A DNA stretch of 63,358 bases, counting the filler, from Octopus bimaculoides (taxonomy: Eukaryota): assembly GCF_001194135.2 (NCBI RefSeq). It is 5 parts of 5 records of this genome, joined end to end, with 100 filler letters (N's around TTAATTAATTAA, not from the genome) between each part and the next. Parts side by side here need not be neighbours in the genome. Positions count along the whole stretch, not along the records: positions 1 to 31,988 come from NC_068994.1; 4 more parts are not named here. One strand, given 5' to 3'. Shown in pieces: positions 1 through 14,311 of the stretch. Each line of letters opens with the position of its first letter. Position 1 is the first letter of the stretch. Position numbers and translations under genes: made by a program. The notes under the pieces are model-generated. The model did no database searches and was not told the DNA's origin. It was given only the letters and a program-made list of their open reading frames with translations.

Positions 1-225
1 TCTAATTGATGTATCAATACCAGCAGATGACAACGTTTCCCAAAAAGAAATGGAGAAACTTTCAAAATACAAAGATCTGGAAATAGAGGTAACTCGAATG
101 TGGAATCTAAAAACAGAAACAATTCCTATCATAGTAGGCGCATTACGTATGATAAAAAAATATCCAGACAAATACATAACAAAAACACCAGGACTTACCC
201 AAGGCACACAGAGCTACACTCAGTA
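1..225 (+). mobile_element. 3' end of an R4/Dong-like (RLE-type) non-LTR retrotransposon
   Basis: Frame reads LIDVSIPADDNVSQKEMEKLSKYKDLEIEVTRMWNLKTETIPIIVGAL, a restriction-like endonuclease C-terminus, followed by a (TAA)n tract. Confidence 0.85.
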
Positions 226-261
226 GTGAAGTGAAAGAACATTATAAAAATAAAACTGCTG

Positions 262-273
262 AATAATAATAAT

Positions 274-318
<45 letters not shown>
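262..318 (+). repeat. (TAA)n microsatellite / LINE tail
   Basis: Direct AATAAT repeats downstream of the RLE ORF. Confidence 0.9.
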
Positions 319-320
<2 letters not shown>

Positions 321-769
321 TTAAATCACATTCTTATTCATTGAACAGAAATCTATACCTTGCTTAGAAAGGCCTGATTCAGTATAACTTAATTTTCATT
401 CTAATTAAGCTCAATATTGAATCTTTGGAGTCAGACAAATTGTAATATCATATTCGATCTTTTTTTAATATTTTTATTCATTTATTTTTTAGTAATCAGG
501 GCAATTATGCAGTTCTAACAATCTAACAAATCTGTTTTGCTTCTAGACAATTTAATTACCAAAGCATTCATCATTTATTAAGGTTCATGGAAATTTACTA
601 TTGAACAATATAAGCATATAACAATAATTTTTTTTTTCCTAGCTAGAATAGCTATCAAGATCTCAATAATTCCATCATGAAAATATATTCTTTTTCCATT
701 ATCAATAATATTTATTCCATACACTCAGCTATTAATGACAAAGTTGCTGAGTGATTAATGTGTGTCAAA

Positions 770-1309
770 TTTTGGCAGAGTTCTGGTTTAAGTATCCCAT
801 GTAACCCCTCATAAGTTTTTTTATCTTTTGGAATTTTCAGAAAAGTTTTGGGAATTTGTGTTCTACACACAGGAATTCATATGATTATACAATTTTTTTT
901 TATGTGTGATTTAAGGGCAATTTAGCTGTTATCTTTGGCACTTTTCATGACCACCTGATACCTTCCTCACTTCTTTGTCTCTCTGACATGCATTGATGTT
1001 TTCCAATATTTTTCTCCCCATAAACACATTTAATGGAATGATGATGCACCCAAGGGTGATCTATTTCTGGGATTTAAGCAAAAAATTTGGACTGTCCATA
1101 TTTCAAACTTGGATTTTAAAAAAATTTCGTAAAAGTATGAAACTTTCAGGGTTTATGGGTGAACATTTTTGAAAAAATTTTGTTTTTCCATAATCATATG
1201 AATTCCCTTGTGTAGAACACAAATTCACAAAAATTTTCTGAAAATTCTCAAAACTAGAAAAAGTTATGAGGGGTTATAATGGGGTGCTTAGACCAGAATT
1301 CTGCTCAAA
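770..1309. mobile_element. Fold-back MITE-like element with ~130-bp imperfect terminal inverted repeats
   Basis: 771-900 (ttggcagagttctggtttaag…gtgttctacacacaggaattcatatgattat) is the reverse complement of ~1175-1309 (ataatcatatgaattcccttgtgtagaacac…ccagaattctgctcaaa). Confidence 0.75.
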
Positions 1310-2202
1310 CTTCTTAGTTAAAACAACTGCATTGTATAAAACATAATTTCCCTAATTACATCAGTCTAACATACAGAAAAATAAATATGAATTTCACTTA
1401 GAAATGTCCTTCCTCTTCTGACTTTTTCTTCCCCCACCTCATCTTCTTCCTTTTCCAGATGCTCAACAAACTAATTATTCTTGTCTTTAGCCTCATCTGA
1501 AACTAACTTGCTGTAGGTACCCTGCAAATTTCTTCTGATCAGAGTTAGAGTTAAGGTTAGAGATTAAGAGCATTAAATACTGTTACCCTATAAGGATCTG
1601 CTTTTGACATTACCCTTGAAAAATGGAAAAATTTCAGTACACAAGAGAATTCGGCAGTTACTCTTTTATTTCTCATTACTTAAAACAAGGACTTCGTACA
1701 TACACCTAAAGATATAATCATTTTCTTCACATTGCTTTCTCTGTCAGCAAAGAATATTTACATTGTAGAACTATTACTCTTAGTGAAAATCAACATTATT
1801 TTCTCCTCCATAGCTAAGAGGTCAACATGGCAATATATACTCACTTATAAAATGCATACTCAAATATATTCTAAAACTTTACAAATTATCAGAACCACTT
1901 ACGCTTCGCAATAAGATAATTTCTTTCTTTTCATTAAAAAATGGTATGCATACATGTATGCATCTGTACATATGTATGTATGTATGTATGTATGGATGGA
2001 TGGATGGATGGATAATAGGAATGAAGCCTCTGTCTGTCAATAATGACCCTGGATGAAGTTCCTAGTCATCAACCCCACTGGAACAGTGTCTGTTTCTCCA
2101 GTACAGGGTACTCAATATGATCCAAACCTAGTCAGTTTGATATGGAAGACTGCTTGCATGTAGTCCATGCAGTGTGTTCCCCCTCTCCATGTCACTGATG
2201 GT

Positions 2203-2410
2203 GGAGGCATGTACCTTAGTGGTTCGGATGTTGGACTTATGATCCTAAGATGGTGGTTTCGATTCCTGGAACAGGTGACACATGTTCTTGAGCAAAACAC
2301 TTTATTTCATGCTGCTCCAGTCCACTCAGGTGGCTAAAACGAGCAATCCTATGATGGACTAGCATCCTCTCCAGAGAAGAATATATACACCCGGAAACCA
2401 GCCCTGGGAA
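2203..2410 (+). mobile_element. tRNA-derived SINE (family with TTCTTGAGCAAAACACTT core)
   Basis: Pol III A-box-like TAGTGGTT and B-box-like GGTTTCGATTCC. A related copy lies at ~26922-27130. Confidence 0.65.
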
Positions 2411-2629
2411 TTTATATGATTTGTGAGGGATTTTTATTATCATGTTACTGCTGACTCCAAAGGAACAGCATGGTTGTTACAATTTGGCACCAGCATCATC
2501 ACAGGAGTTGCCAGAATGAGGTTGTAGACAACATCACACTGCTTCAGGGGCTCTGACTCATGATGTTCCTCGGAGTTTAGTCCTGAAGCCTTTGCCACGG
2601 CTGGGTATGGCTGCAAGGCAGCAGAGGTT

Positions 2630-3050
<421 letters not shown>

Positions 3051-3139
3051 TTTAGCAAGTTAAAGTCTAAAAGAATAAAGAATAATGTCAAAAGAATAAA
3101 TCAAAAGAATAAAGGAGCAAAAAGTATTCAATTCCATAC

Positions 3140-3286
3140 CACAACGTTTCCTATTCGAACTTGGAGGTTTTGCAATGCTATATCTTCTGTTAGGTTTTCA
3201 AATGAGGGCACACATCTACATAAATCGCAAGCTGCTTGCCATGCATGTTGAGTTAGACCTTCAATTTCAGGTTTCTCTGGGTATTC
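3140..3286 (-). CDS. DNAH6: DNAH6-like exon 5 of 5
   Basis: 147 nt, phase 0-0, acceptor ttatttttcatAG, donor GTG|GTATGG. Encodes EYPEKPEIEGLTQHAWQAACDLCRCVPSFENLTEDIALQNLQVRIGNVV, colinear with DNAH6 ERPPKP…W..CCDL…F..LT…I..RLG. Confidence 0.88.
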
Positions 3287-3459
3287 CTATGAAAAATAAT
3301 AAGAATAAAAGACCTTGTAATTGAATTAGAAATCAGTAACAATGCATTTCACTTGTGTAGTAGTAATAGTAAAAGTTTCATTCATTTAAAACAGAAACAT
3401 TTCAAATACAACTAATTGTCAGACTAATGAATGGATAGAAAAGAGTTTCTTCTTTTATT

Positions 3460-3680
3460 CTTCTTTTACATGTTTCAGTCATTTAACTGCAGCCATGTTG
3501 GAGAACAACCTTGAAGGATTTTAGTCAAAGAAATCGATCCCGAGATTTATTTAGTACATATTTTATTGGTCTCTTTTGCCGAACCACTAAGTTACAGGAA
3601 TATAAACACACCACCATTGGTTGTCAAGCGATGATGGGGGACAAAGCCAGACACAAAGACACACACATAAGTATGCACAC
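3460..3680 (-). mobile_element. SINE family A 3' half
   Basis: Reverse complement of the family tail (cttttacatgtttcagtcattt…gccgaaccactaagttac…ttgtcaagcgatg). Confidence 0.75.
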
Positions 3681-4792
3681 ATACAGACAGGGGAAGCCCC
3701 GGCCCATCAGGAATCACTGCTGAGATGCTTAAAATATCTGGTGGTGAAGGCTACAGTCTAGATATGTAATATGAATAAGGAATGCATAGTAGGTCAAAAA
3801 TGATCCACGTGTAGGCTGTAGAAGGAACTCATAGAAGGGGAAAACTCAGGAGGATATAAAATAAAGAGAAGAAGTGGTAAAGTCAGGGGTCAGATCTCAG
3901 GACAACTAACCTTACAGATAGCAAAAATTTAATCCTTTCAATTCCAACACACCTGAAACCATTCTTGATTCTATGATACAAACTTCCTTGTTTGAAAGTG
4001 ATCTAAATTGAAATTTTCTATTGGAATTTCATGTTAATTTATGTTCTAAGACCAGCTTAATAATGACAAAGTTACTTTGATAAATTCTTTGATATTTTTT
4101 TTTTAAATTAGTTGACACAAATGTAGTGTATTTCAACAGAAATATGGTAACAAAATGGTCAGGATATGTGGAAATATTTTTGTATGGCAGACAAATTGGC
4201 CAACTCATACCAGCATGGAACATGAACAGCGGTGGCGGCGAGGAGGAGGAGGTAACCACCTCAATCCTTGCAAGTAGGTAAAAGCAGTAATGAAAATATA
4301 TAGCTGTTGTTAACAGAAATTATGATGGACATGATGAGGGCAATTTTATTATATCATTTCATTATGGTTCTATGTAAGTAAGAAATCTTTATTAAAAGCT
4401 TCACAAAATTAAATATATTCATTTTTTTTTTCTTTCTTTTTTTTTTAACAGAACAAGATAGCTTTCAGTGAAACTACAAATATTTCTACAGGAAATAAAA
4501 CCACCCAAACACTATTGAGCCAAAAAAGCCACTGATTTGACAAAGGATTCAAGTTAGAATGGATGCATTGGTAAAATTTCTTTACAGTTTCATTTTGTAT
4601 TTCCAATTAATAATAAAATCCAAGATTGAATGCCCAAGAGAGCTTTTGTTGCAGATGACATAATTTTTATCACAAAATCAATTCAATGTGGCAGTAGAGG
4701 ATTGAATCATGTGGAAGAGTGCCAAGAGTATAATATTATGAGGGATTTTCCCAACCCACTAGCACCATGGAAATAGCCATATACAATTTGTG

Positions 4793-4827
4793 GAGGTGGT
4801 GGTGGTGGTGGTGGTGGTGGTGGTGGG
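4793..4827. repeat. (TGG)n microsatellite
   Basis: Perfect GGT run. It explains the poly-Pro ORF at 4707..4907. Confidence 0.9.
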
Positions 4828-4999
4828 GAACTGTTATGAACACAATATGGTGTAGGCAATGTAATCACGAGTGAAGTGACATTTAAGACAGGCCAACAGA
4901 GAACCAACTCTAAAACTGTTTACACATTTTTCCAGATAAAATATTCACATTAATAACATAGTAATTTATCATTTTGTATGTATGTATGCATTGTGTATA

Positions 5000-5085
<86 letters not shown>

Positions 5086-6244
5086 CATGCTCTCACACAC
5101 ACACACTGTATTTGATGGCATAAAAGACTTGTGGACACATTACACACACCCTGGTTTTAGCAGATTCTATTTAGACAAAAAAAAAGGTTTTAGTGCATTG
5201 TAGCAAGTACCAGGACAAAATTAACTTATGAGAATCCAGCTCTGTATATAGGGTCTGAGGTAATTTTTTTAAGACAGTTTCTTGTGGGGAAATGTGCATT
5301 TTATATACTATCAAATAAAGTATATAATTATTCAAGTGAATATTTATAAATGGATGCCCTTCCTGTCACCAACCCTCACCTGTTTCCAAGAACCAAATCC
5401 ACTCACAAAGCTTTAGTTGGCCTGGGGCTATAGAAAAAGTTACTTGTCCACAGTACCTATCATGTACTGGGACTGAACTCAAAACCACACGGTTGCAAAG
5501 TGACAGTCTTAACTACACAGCCAGACCTGGATATAAAAGTTCATGTCAATATATACTATTCTCTAATTTACTTATATTACTGTCTACATACGTAATTCCC
5601 TTGACAAACAAACACTGTGTGCTCACATCCTATCATTATGATGATGAATACATGAATCCAGCAAAATCCAAACAGACACAAGTAAAGTAGACAAATTGCA
5701 CAGCAGTTTTGATAGTATTTCAGTCATTCAATCAATGAAATGATCAACTCAGGGAATTAGAGTGCAAATCATTGAGTGTTTCACAGATACTTATATCATT
5801 AATGTAATGACATTGGCTCTTTGAATAACAGTTGCAGTCTGTCTGACATGTCTCTATACAGTTTCTCTCTGGTCTATCTCAATTACAAGGCTAAGGTTGT
5901 TCTGTGGCTATTATAGAATACACTTGTTCAAGATACAATGGAAGAGAACTTATGATTGCAGAGTGAACTTTTTTTAAACAGCCAGTCATGCCAATACCTA
6001 TGTAATAACATATGAATTGCAACCAAGCTGGAGCACCACCATGAAGGTTTTAGTTAAATAAATTAACCCTAGTACTTTTTTTTTCAATCCTGGTACTTAT
6101 TCATAGGCGCAGGCACAGCTGTGTGGTAAGATGCTACATCCACAACCACATGGTTTTGGGTTCAGTCCCTCTGCATGGCAACTTGAGCAAGCCTTGTGAG
6201 TGAATTTGGTAGACAGAAACTGAAAGAAGCCTATCGTATATATC

Positions 6245-7375
6245 CAAAAAGCTGCAAAGGTGGTAAAAGGAAGAAACAAAAAGCCGGAAAATACAAAAGA
6301 AACGAAAGAGGGAACAATGGTGGAAGAAAAGACAGATAAGAGCGATGAAATGGAATATACCACAGTATCACACAAAAGAAAAGAAGCACAAGTCCTAGAC
6401 TCTCCTCCCCAAACAAAAAAATCAGTTAAACACACAACAGACACACAAACAAAATTCTCCAGATCAACCTCATGGAGAAACCTTTGACTAAACTGCTCCC
6501 CAAAACACAAGAAAGAATTGTTTCCTACATGGAAAAAAAATAAGCTGTTGTCTACCATCATAAGAGTGCACCACAAAGCTTGAGTTTTAAAAATAACTAA
6601 AGATATGCCCCCGAATATTAGATTCGTAAAAATGGATGCGGGCTTATTTTTGGAGCTGAAGGGAAGGTATCTGGAAGATATCAGAGATGTCAGCTCTGAA
6701 ATGGCAGACAAAAAATTATTAACAAGCCCAGCAGCTACACCATTGAAAGAAAAGGATGGGGAGGCAGCTTAATTTGTGCAGCCCCTTCGCAAACTCAAAT
6801 TGTAAGTTACTCCTTTTTTCCATTTTTCACTCTGGCGATTAAGTTAGGGAGTATAAATGTACATGGGCTGGGGTCGGAATGGAAACAAGCTTGTCTCTTG
6901 AACGACCTCAGGTCACGAGATATAAATGTATGCATTGCAACTGAGTCCAAGATGAGTAAACCACAAGCATTCTCACCTCTTCTAAATGGCTATGAGAAAT
7001 TTATTTCCCCTAGCTGACAAGGAGGAGGGGGCGTGGTGGTCCTAGTCAAGAAGAACTTGGACTTACAGGTAAGTACAGTCTTTCTGGACCCAGAAGGTAG
7101 GTTGGTCATCCTTGATGTGATCCACGAGAGTAAACAGTCCTTCAGGTTGATAGCTGTTTATGCTCCTAAGGAGTGTAGGCAGTCTGGTTCTTTTTGAGAC
7201 CTGGAGCACTTTTTAATGATGTCATGGTGGATAGTGTTGGCTCGACTGATAGGAGGGGAAATCCTGGCCTCAAGGGTCTACTAGAGAGCTATAATCTCGT
7301 AGACCATTACAGACTGGATGAGCCGAGCATTCCACAGTGGATGTGGAGTAATAAAAACGGTTCAACGGTTCATAG
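6245..7375 (+). mobile_element. L1/Tx1-clade non-LTR retrotransposon remnant (ORF1-like region plus APE endonuclease, 3'-truncated)
   Basis: From 6841 the frame reads KLGSINVHGLGSEWKQACLLNDLRSRDINVCIATESK…*QGGGGVVVLVKK…DPEGRLVILDV…FRLIAVYAP, then …LVDHYRLDEPSIPQWMWSN. These are APE motifs with stops and a deleted GDFN region. A basic, low-complexity ORF1-like stretch lies upstream. Confidence 0.8.
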
Positions 7376-8006
7376 GTAACACAAACATTGAGAGATTTGT
7401 ACTCAATCACTTTAGTAACAAACTATATAGAGTATAAAACATCAGGAACCAAATCTCACTCATTAGCATTTTAAATAAAGGAAGAATACTTTGTAGAATA
7501 CAGCACTAGATATATTATATTTGATAAAAAAGAAACCATCAGATGATCATAGGTGAAATATTTTTGATCATAAGGCTACTCAACCAGAACCAATCTGGGG
7601 TTAAGCAACAAATAACATATGAACTACAACAGACTTACTCGACTATTTCATCTTCCACAAATCTTCAAAGCAAAAAGAACTTTTTCATAAAAATAAAAAT
7701 CTATTATTTTAGTTTAGAAATAGTAAGACTAAAAATACATTTGAAACAAGTATCTCACTAAATACAGTTCAGTATTGAAAATAGTTGATAAATTGGCCAA
7801 TTCTATTCCATACATTATCAAATGACAAGTTCTAATTTAATGATGTTAAGAATTTTAGGCGTATGTTTACCTCAAAGCCATAAAGCCAATATCTAAATCT
7901 AGCAGGACACATACTAAAAAAAAAAACACACATACACAACTTTATAAACAGCAGATGTTTACTTCTCAGCTATAGGTTGAGATTTATTTCAGTATTTGAA
8001 TTTTAC

Positions 8007-8133
8007 CTCATCTAATCCCCCAGCGCCACGCAGAAAATAATTCCATTCTTCAGGCAGGACTTCGTTTTTCTCTTTCATTATCATTGCACAAAGTAAAAAT
8101 GAAAATACCAATTTATGTTCTTCAAACAGTGCT
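8007..8133 (-). CDS. DNAH6: DNAH6-like exon 4 of 5
   Basis: 127 nt, acceptor ctgcatttcAG, donor GAG|GTAAAA. The split codon AG+A gives Arg. Encodes ALFEEHKLVFSFLLCAMIMKEKNEVLPEEWNYFLRGAGGLDE (conserved LFExHKL and EWNxFLRG). Confidence 0.94.
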
Positions 8134-8347
8134 CTGAAATGCAGAAGTATAAAAAAAAGAAGAAACATGTTACTTTACTTTATGAAATCATATTCATTTA
8201 TCATTAAAAAAAAAAAGGAATAAAAATAGAAAGCATTTTTCAAAATACAAAATCGATTTTGTAAGCATTGCGAAACAAGTCTTAGAACTCAGATTTTATT
8301 TACAATATATAAATTTGTTTTAAGTAAATATTAATGGATATTATTAT

Positions 8348-8378
<31 letters not shown>

Positions 8379-9274
8379 AGCATTATTATTATTATTATCA
8401 TCACTGTCGCATGACCTTACACTTCAATTTGTGTTCCTGGCAATAGCATTAATAACTTCCAGAGCAGTGTTTCTTAAACTCAGGGTCATGACCCATGGTT
8501 GGGTCATCAAGTTTTTATCAGTGGGCCATGAAGTAATTCGTTAAAGCTTTAATTTAGTTTCTAAATGCAAAATTCTTTCATGCAATGTTATATATTGCTA
8601 CATGTGAATGACTAATTCCATTCTGACTTATGAAGATATTTGCTAAACACTAAAGATAAATTAAAATAATGTTGGATTTGAGGGCAAAATAATGAACAGG
8701 AAATTGCAGAAAATATTCACCAAACTTTGAGTAGTAACAAAAAGTTTTGTCTGACATTTGTTTTCTTTATTTCATTTTTCCAATGTTCAAACATATTGTT
8801 ATGATTTTTTATTCTTTTCATCTCAGGTTTTGTTGTAACTCCTGGAGTCTTGCATTCATAGTGGGCTTGCTGCCTGCAGCCTACAGTACCATGCTATCTG
8901 TTCTTTTCGACTATCAGGAAATACTTTATTTTGGTCATGTCAAGGAGGCAAACCCTTTGTAACAGTTCTACTGAGTACTCTATTCCGATTTCCTTTTATT
9001 ATTATTATATGTTTGACTTTTGCTTTGTATTTGTACAAGTTGACTCCAAGTCTCACCCAAAGACCTCAAGAGACAACAAGTCAGCCGTTCAAGTTGGTAT
9101 TATGCCTAAGGTGTCATATATTTGATTTTGCACATAGTATATAGTATTGTTCTATTATTATTATTATTATTATTACTGGCAGAATCATTACCATGCCACC
9201 CTTGTGGCAAATAAATGAAATCATCATTATTATTATTATCATCATCATCATCATTGGCAGAATCATTACCATGC

Positions 9275-9465
9275 CAGAAAACGGCTTAGTGGCATTTCTT
9301 CTGACTTTACATTCTGAGTTCAAATGCTACCAAGGTCAGCTTTGCTTTTCATCCTCTTAGGGTCAATAAAATAAGTACCAATTGAGCAATAGGGGTCAAT
9401 ATAACTGACTTAGCCCCGCCTTCAAACCTGCTGGCTTACTGCCAAAATTTGAAATCATAGTTATT
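9275..9465 (+). mobile_element. tRNA-derived SINE family B, degenerate
   Basis: …acattctgagttcaaat…tttgcttttcatcct…gggtcaataaaataagtacc, same family as 20611-20841. Confidence 0.7.
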
Positions 9466-9914
9466 ATTATTATTATTGTTTTGTTTTTTTTACTTCTCAG
9501 AATGCTCAGTCTTGTTGGTTCTGGTAGATTCTGAGAGAGTGGACAGCAGCCTGCTGTCAGGTCTCACATGGTCTCTTTCTGCACATTATAAGCTTCGATA
9601 TGTGGTTGTGAATTATTGTGGAAGACATTCAACATCCAAGTACAAATCTCAAAATCCTAGCTGTCCCCAGCAGAGCAGTTTTTGGGCTTGCATTTTATTC
9701 TGCAAACTATTTCCTACTGACACACCAGGAAATGGTATTTTTGAAATGGTACATTCCTTTCTTCAATAAAGAGAGATTAAGAGAGAACTGATACTTCAGT
9801 ATTTGCACCAATGATGCACTATCAATGCTTAGAGATTGCATAGGGTTTTACAGAAAACTCCATATTACAGTTTTTACTTTTGTTTACAGAGAAAATCTTA
9901 CTTCAAAAATTATA

Positions 9915-10390
9915 TCAGTGGAATTACATCAGATGTGGTGTGCAAGAGAGAAGACTGCACTGGTATGGTCATGTGATGCATATGGATGAGGACAGCTGTG
10001 TAAAGAAGTGCCAATCTCTAACTGTGAAGGGAACATATGGGGGGAGTAGACCCAGGAAGGCATGGGATGAGGTGGCAAAGCATGATCTTTGGATGTTGGG
10101 TTTCATGAAGGTGACTGAGTGACATGTGACTGAAACCTTTGGTGATTTGCTGTATTTGAGAAGACACATCAATGCTAGTGGCTTTACTCATATAAATTAA
10201 CTTTTCTAACTAAGTAATAAATACTTCACTTGTTTTATTGTGGGAAGCCACAGTACTCTTGGAGTGGTTGGCATTAAAAAGGGCATCCAGCCATAGAAAC
10301 CAAACCAAACTAGACTGGAGCCTGGTACATCTCTCTGGCTTACCAGTTCCAGTTACACCATCTAACTTACGAAAACATGGAAATCAGATG
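9915..10390 (+). mobile_element. RTE-clade LINE 3' fragment
   Basis: RCGVQERRLHWYGHVMHMDEDSCVKKCQSLTVKGTYGGSRPRKAWDEV, homologous to 59100-59270. The family tail (gggcatccagccatagaaacc) follows at 10260-10390. Confidence 0.85.
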
Positions 10391-10489
10391 CTAAATAATG
10401 ATGACAAATGAATGAATAGCATTATTTAAATGGTAAGCTTTATAATGTTGAAATCTCCAAGTAACAAACTTTTCAATGAATTTTGTTGT

Positions 10490-11310
<821 letters not shown>

Positions 11311-11464
11311 ACATAAATGCCAATATGATTGTATGTAAGGCAACTCAAGAATTTCAGAACATTATCATAAAGTAGAAGAATATCAGGTGTGCACAGAATT
11401 TTCAGGGAGACAAAGACTTACTAAGTTATAAACACAGTTATTTTTCAAAATTTACTGAACCTTA

Positions 11465-11870
11465 AGGCAGCAAGCCGGCAGAATCGTTAGTATGCCAGGT
11501 GAAATGCTTAGCAGCATCTTGTCTGTCTTCATGTTCTGAGTTCCAATTCCACCAAAGTCAACTTTACCTTTCATTATTTTGGGGTCAATGAAATAAGTAC
11601 CAGTTCAGTACTGGGGTCAATTTAATCAACTTACTCCCTCTCTGAAATTGCTGGTCTTGTGCCAAAATTTGGCAAGCTGGTAGAATCGTTAGCATGCTAG
11701 ACAAAATGCTGCTAAGCATTTTATCTTTATTTTCTGAGTTCAAATTCTTCTGAGGTTGACTTTGCATTTCATCCTTTCAGGGTCAATAAAATAAGTACTA
11801 GTTGAGCGCTGGGGTCAATATAATCGACTTACTCCTCTCCAAAATTGCTAACCTTGAGCCAAAATTTGAA
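11465..11870 (+). mobile_element. Two tandem SINE family B copies
   Basis: The unit ggcagaatcgttagtatgc…ttctgagttc…ggggtcaat…gtactggggtcaat…gccaaaatttg occurs twice (11465-11670, 11671-11870). Confidence 0.8.
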
Positions 11871-12984
11871 TCACTGAACCTTAGTATAGAATATGTTGTA
11901 AAATTCTGAAATATGTTTTTACAATAGCAAATGTAATTTTACCACAATTGAAATTATTAAATGACAAGCAACAGGCTTAAATCATTTTGTGAAGTTTATC
12001 AACATCTCTTATTTTTTCATAAAATAAATAACCTCAAAAAAAATTGTAAATCACCATAGCTGTAAAATTAATTGGCAATAGGAAGGCATCCAAACATAGA
12101 AAATCTGCCTCAAGAAATTCCATTTGATCCATGCAAATATGGAAAAGTGGTTGTTAAAATGATTTTCAGTTTTTTGTTTGCCATCTTAAAATCATAATCC
12201 ACTTTGGCTCATTATTCCAATTGTTTAAGAAACACTTTTCCACACCTTTATAAGTACAAATTAAAGTATCATAATTACTATTAAATTAAAAATTAAAAGT
12301 AAAAAGTAATAAATCAAAAAGTAATTCAAAATAAACCTGAAACAAATTAAATCTTTTTCTGCGGTTAATATAATCAACTTACCCCTTTCCTTGAAATTAC
12401 TGGCCTTGTGTTAAAATTTGAAACCAATATTAATCATAGGCATTCATTTAACCTTTCAACAAGTGACACAATGTGGTCATGTTCTGTGTTCAACACCTCC
12501 ACAATGCAAATGTGATGCACAATCTCTGTTTATCCAAATCTTTGCTGTTGTGTTTTTAACACCATGTGCAGTAGCTATGGATTCCCAATTTTCTCATTCA
12601 GTAGCAGACAGTACACATATACAAGTTTCAAATGCAGACTTCTTGAATGGTTTCCCCCAACAGGTTTAACCTGTTTGTTTAACTTTGTGAAATACCAGCA
12701 ACTGTAGCTTGAGACTGACTTTTGTCATCAACAAGCAGATACATTATTGTAGGCCTAAACTCAAATGATGAAACGAACTTACATTTAAAATGAACCAACG
12801 TCAATTAAAATGAGTCAAAACAGACATCTGCTATGTTTCATCTGAATAACTAGTGTTTAAATTGCTACAGTATTATTTTAATCTGCTTTGAGATTGTTCC
12901 AATTTATTTCAGAAAATTTTAATTTGCTTCAATTTTTAAAAATTTGTTTTGGGTTTATTTTAATTTGCTTTGAGATTATTTTAA

Positions 12985-13325
12985 TGCTGGACTGGCCCAC
13001 TGCCGCTGGACTAGCCCAGTGCTGTTGGACTGGCCCAGTGCCACTGAACTGGCTCCTATGCAGGTGGCACATAAAAAACACCATTTTGTGCGTGGCTGTC
13101 GCCAGTACCGCCTGACTGGCCCTCGTGCCGGTGGCACGTAAAAGCACCCACTACACCCTCGGAGTGGTTAGCATTAGGAAGGGCATCCAGCTGTAGAAAC
13201 TCTGCCAGATCAGATTGGAGACTGGTGCAGCCATCTGGTTCGCCAGTCCTCAGTCAAATCACCCAACTCATGCTAGCATGGAAGGCAGACGTTAAACGAT
13301 GATGATGATGATGATGACGATGATG
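12985..13325 (+). mobile_element. RTE LINE 3' UTR and (ATG)n tail
   Basis: High similarity to 59630-59900: ggctcctatgcaggtggcac…ggaagggcatccagctgtagaaac…gttaaacgatgatgatg. Confidence 0.85.
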
Positions 13326-14274
13326 ATTATGCCTGAGAAAGGGACAGCCTTAATGAAGTTCAGTTAAGCCTTGTAGACTACTTTTGCCATAATATGAAGA
13401 AAGCATTGTAAGTAAGAGGTAACAAGAATCTCAGCCAAATGACAAACAAATGGACACCAAAAAAGCATTTAAATGCCAAAACTGGACAGAAATCCATGTT
13501 GTCATATATAAAATTAGCAATTATATAGTTAAAAAACAAATGATAGAATGTATATAAATGTTGCAAGGAAACAGCTAATAATGTTTATGGAGTACAGTAT
13601 AACCAGTTAAAGGTAAGGAAATAAAGTTAGGAGATTGATGTCGAGAAAGAAAACTTCAGCAGAAATGCCCAGATAAGAAAACTTTATATAATTTTTATTG
13701 ATTTAGTGAAATTATCTGGTAAATTCTCACATAATGTGTAGATAATACAATATCTTTAATATGTTTTGAGTGGAATTTACCAAATAAGACCTACAGGAAA
13801 TATATCTTAAGCTATAGTATCATTACGATATTTTTTTTTAATTTAAAAAAAAAATTGAATAAAATGATTGAGTGATAATTTGTGATATAATAGAAAGATT
13901 TTTAAAAAATTACAATAGATATTGCAAAACCAAAAATAACTAGCATTCTTCAGATCGCAGAGGATTTTGATGTTTTAAAAATATGCGTTCCTGGTTTTTG
14001 TTTTTGTGGGTTTTTTACATCTATCACTAATTGACAACCCAGCCATGATCACTATGGCTTTACTCCATACAGTACCTATATATCATCATCGTTTGACGTC
14101 CGCTTTCTATGCTAGCATGAGTTGGACGACTTGACTGAGGACTGGCAAGCCAGAAGGCTGCACCAGACTCCAATCTGTACTGGCAACGGCCACGCTCAAA
14201 AAGGTGTTTTCTACATGCCATCTGCACAGGAGCCAGTCCAGCGGCACTGGCAACGACCTCGCTCAAATGATTTA

Positions 14275-14311
<37 letters not shown>

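Noticed and set aside
1459-1517. Plus-strand exon-like segment starting ATG CTC AAC AAA (signal-peptide-like MLNKLIILVFSLI)
   Set aside because: In-frame stops after 13 codons and no supporting downstream exon.
4140-4252. Plus-strand AG…GT bounded segment suggesting a nested gene
   Set aside because: It contains a decayed LINE/SINE tail (ccaactcataccagcatggaa) and has no recognisable peptide.
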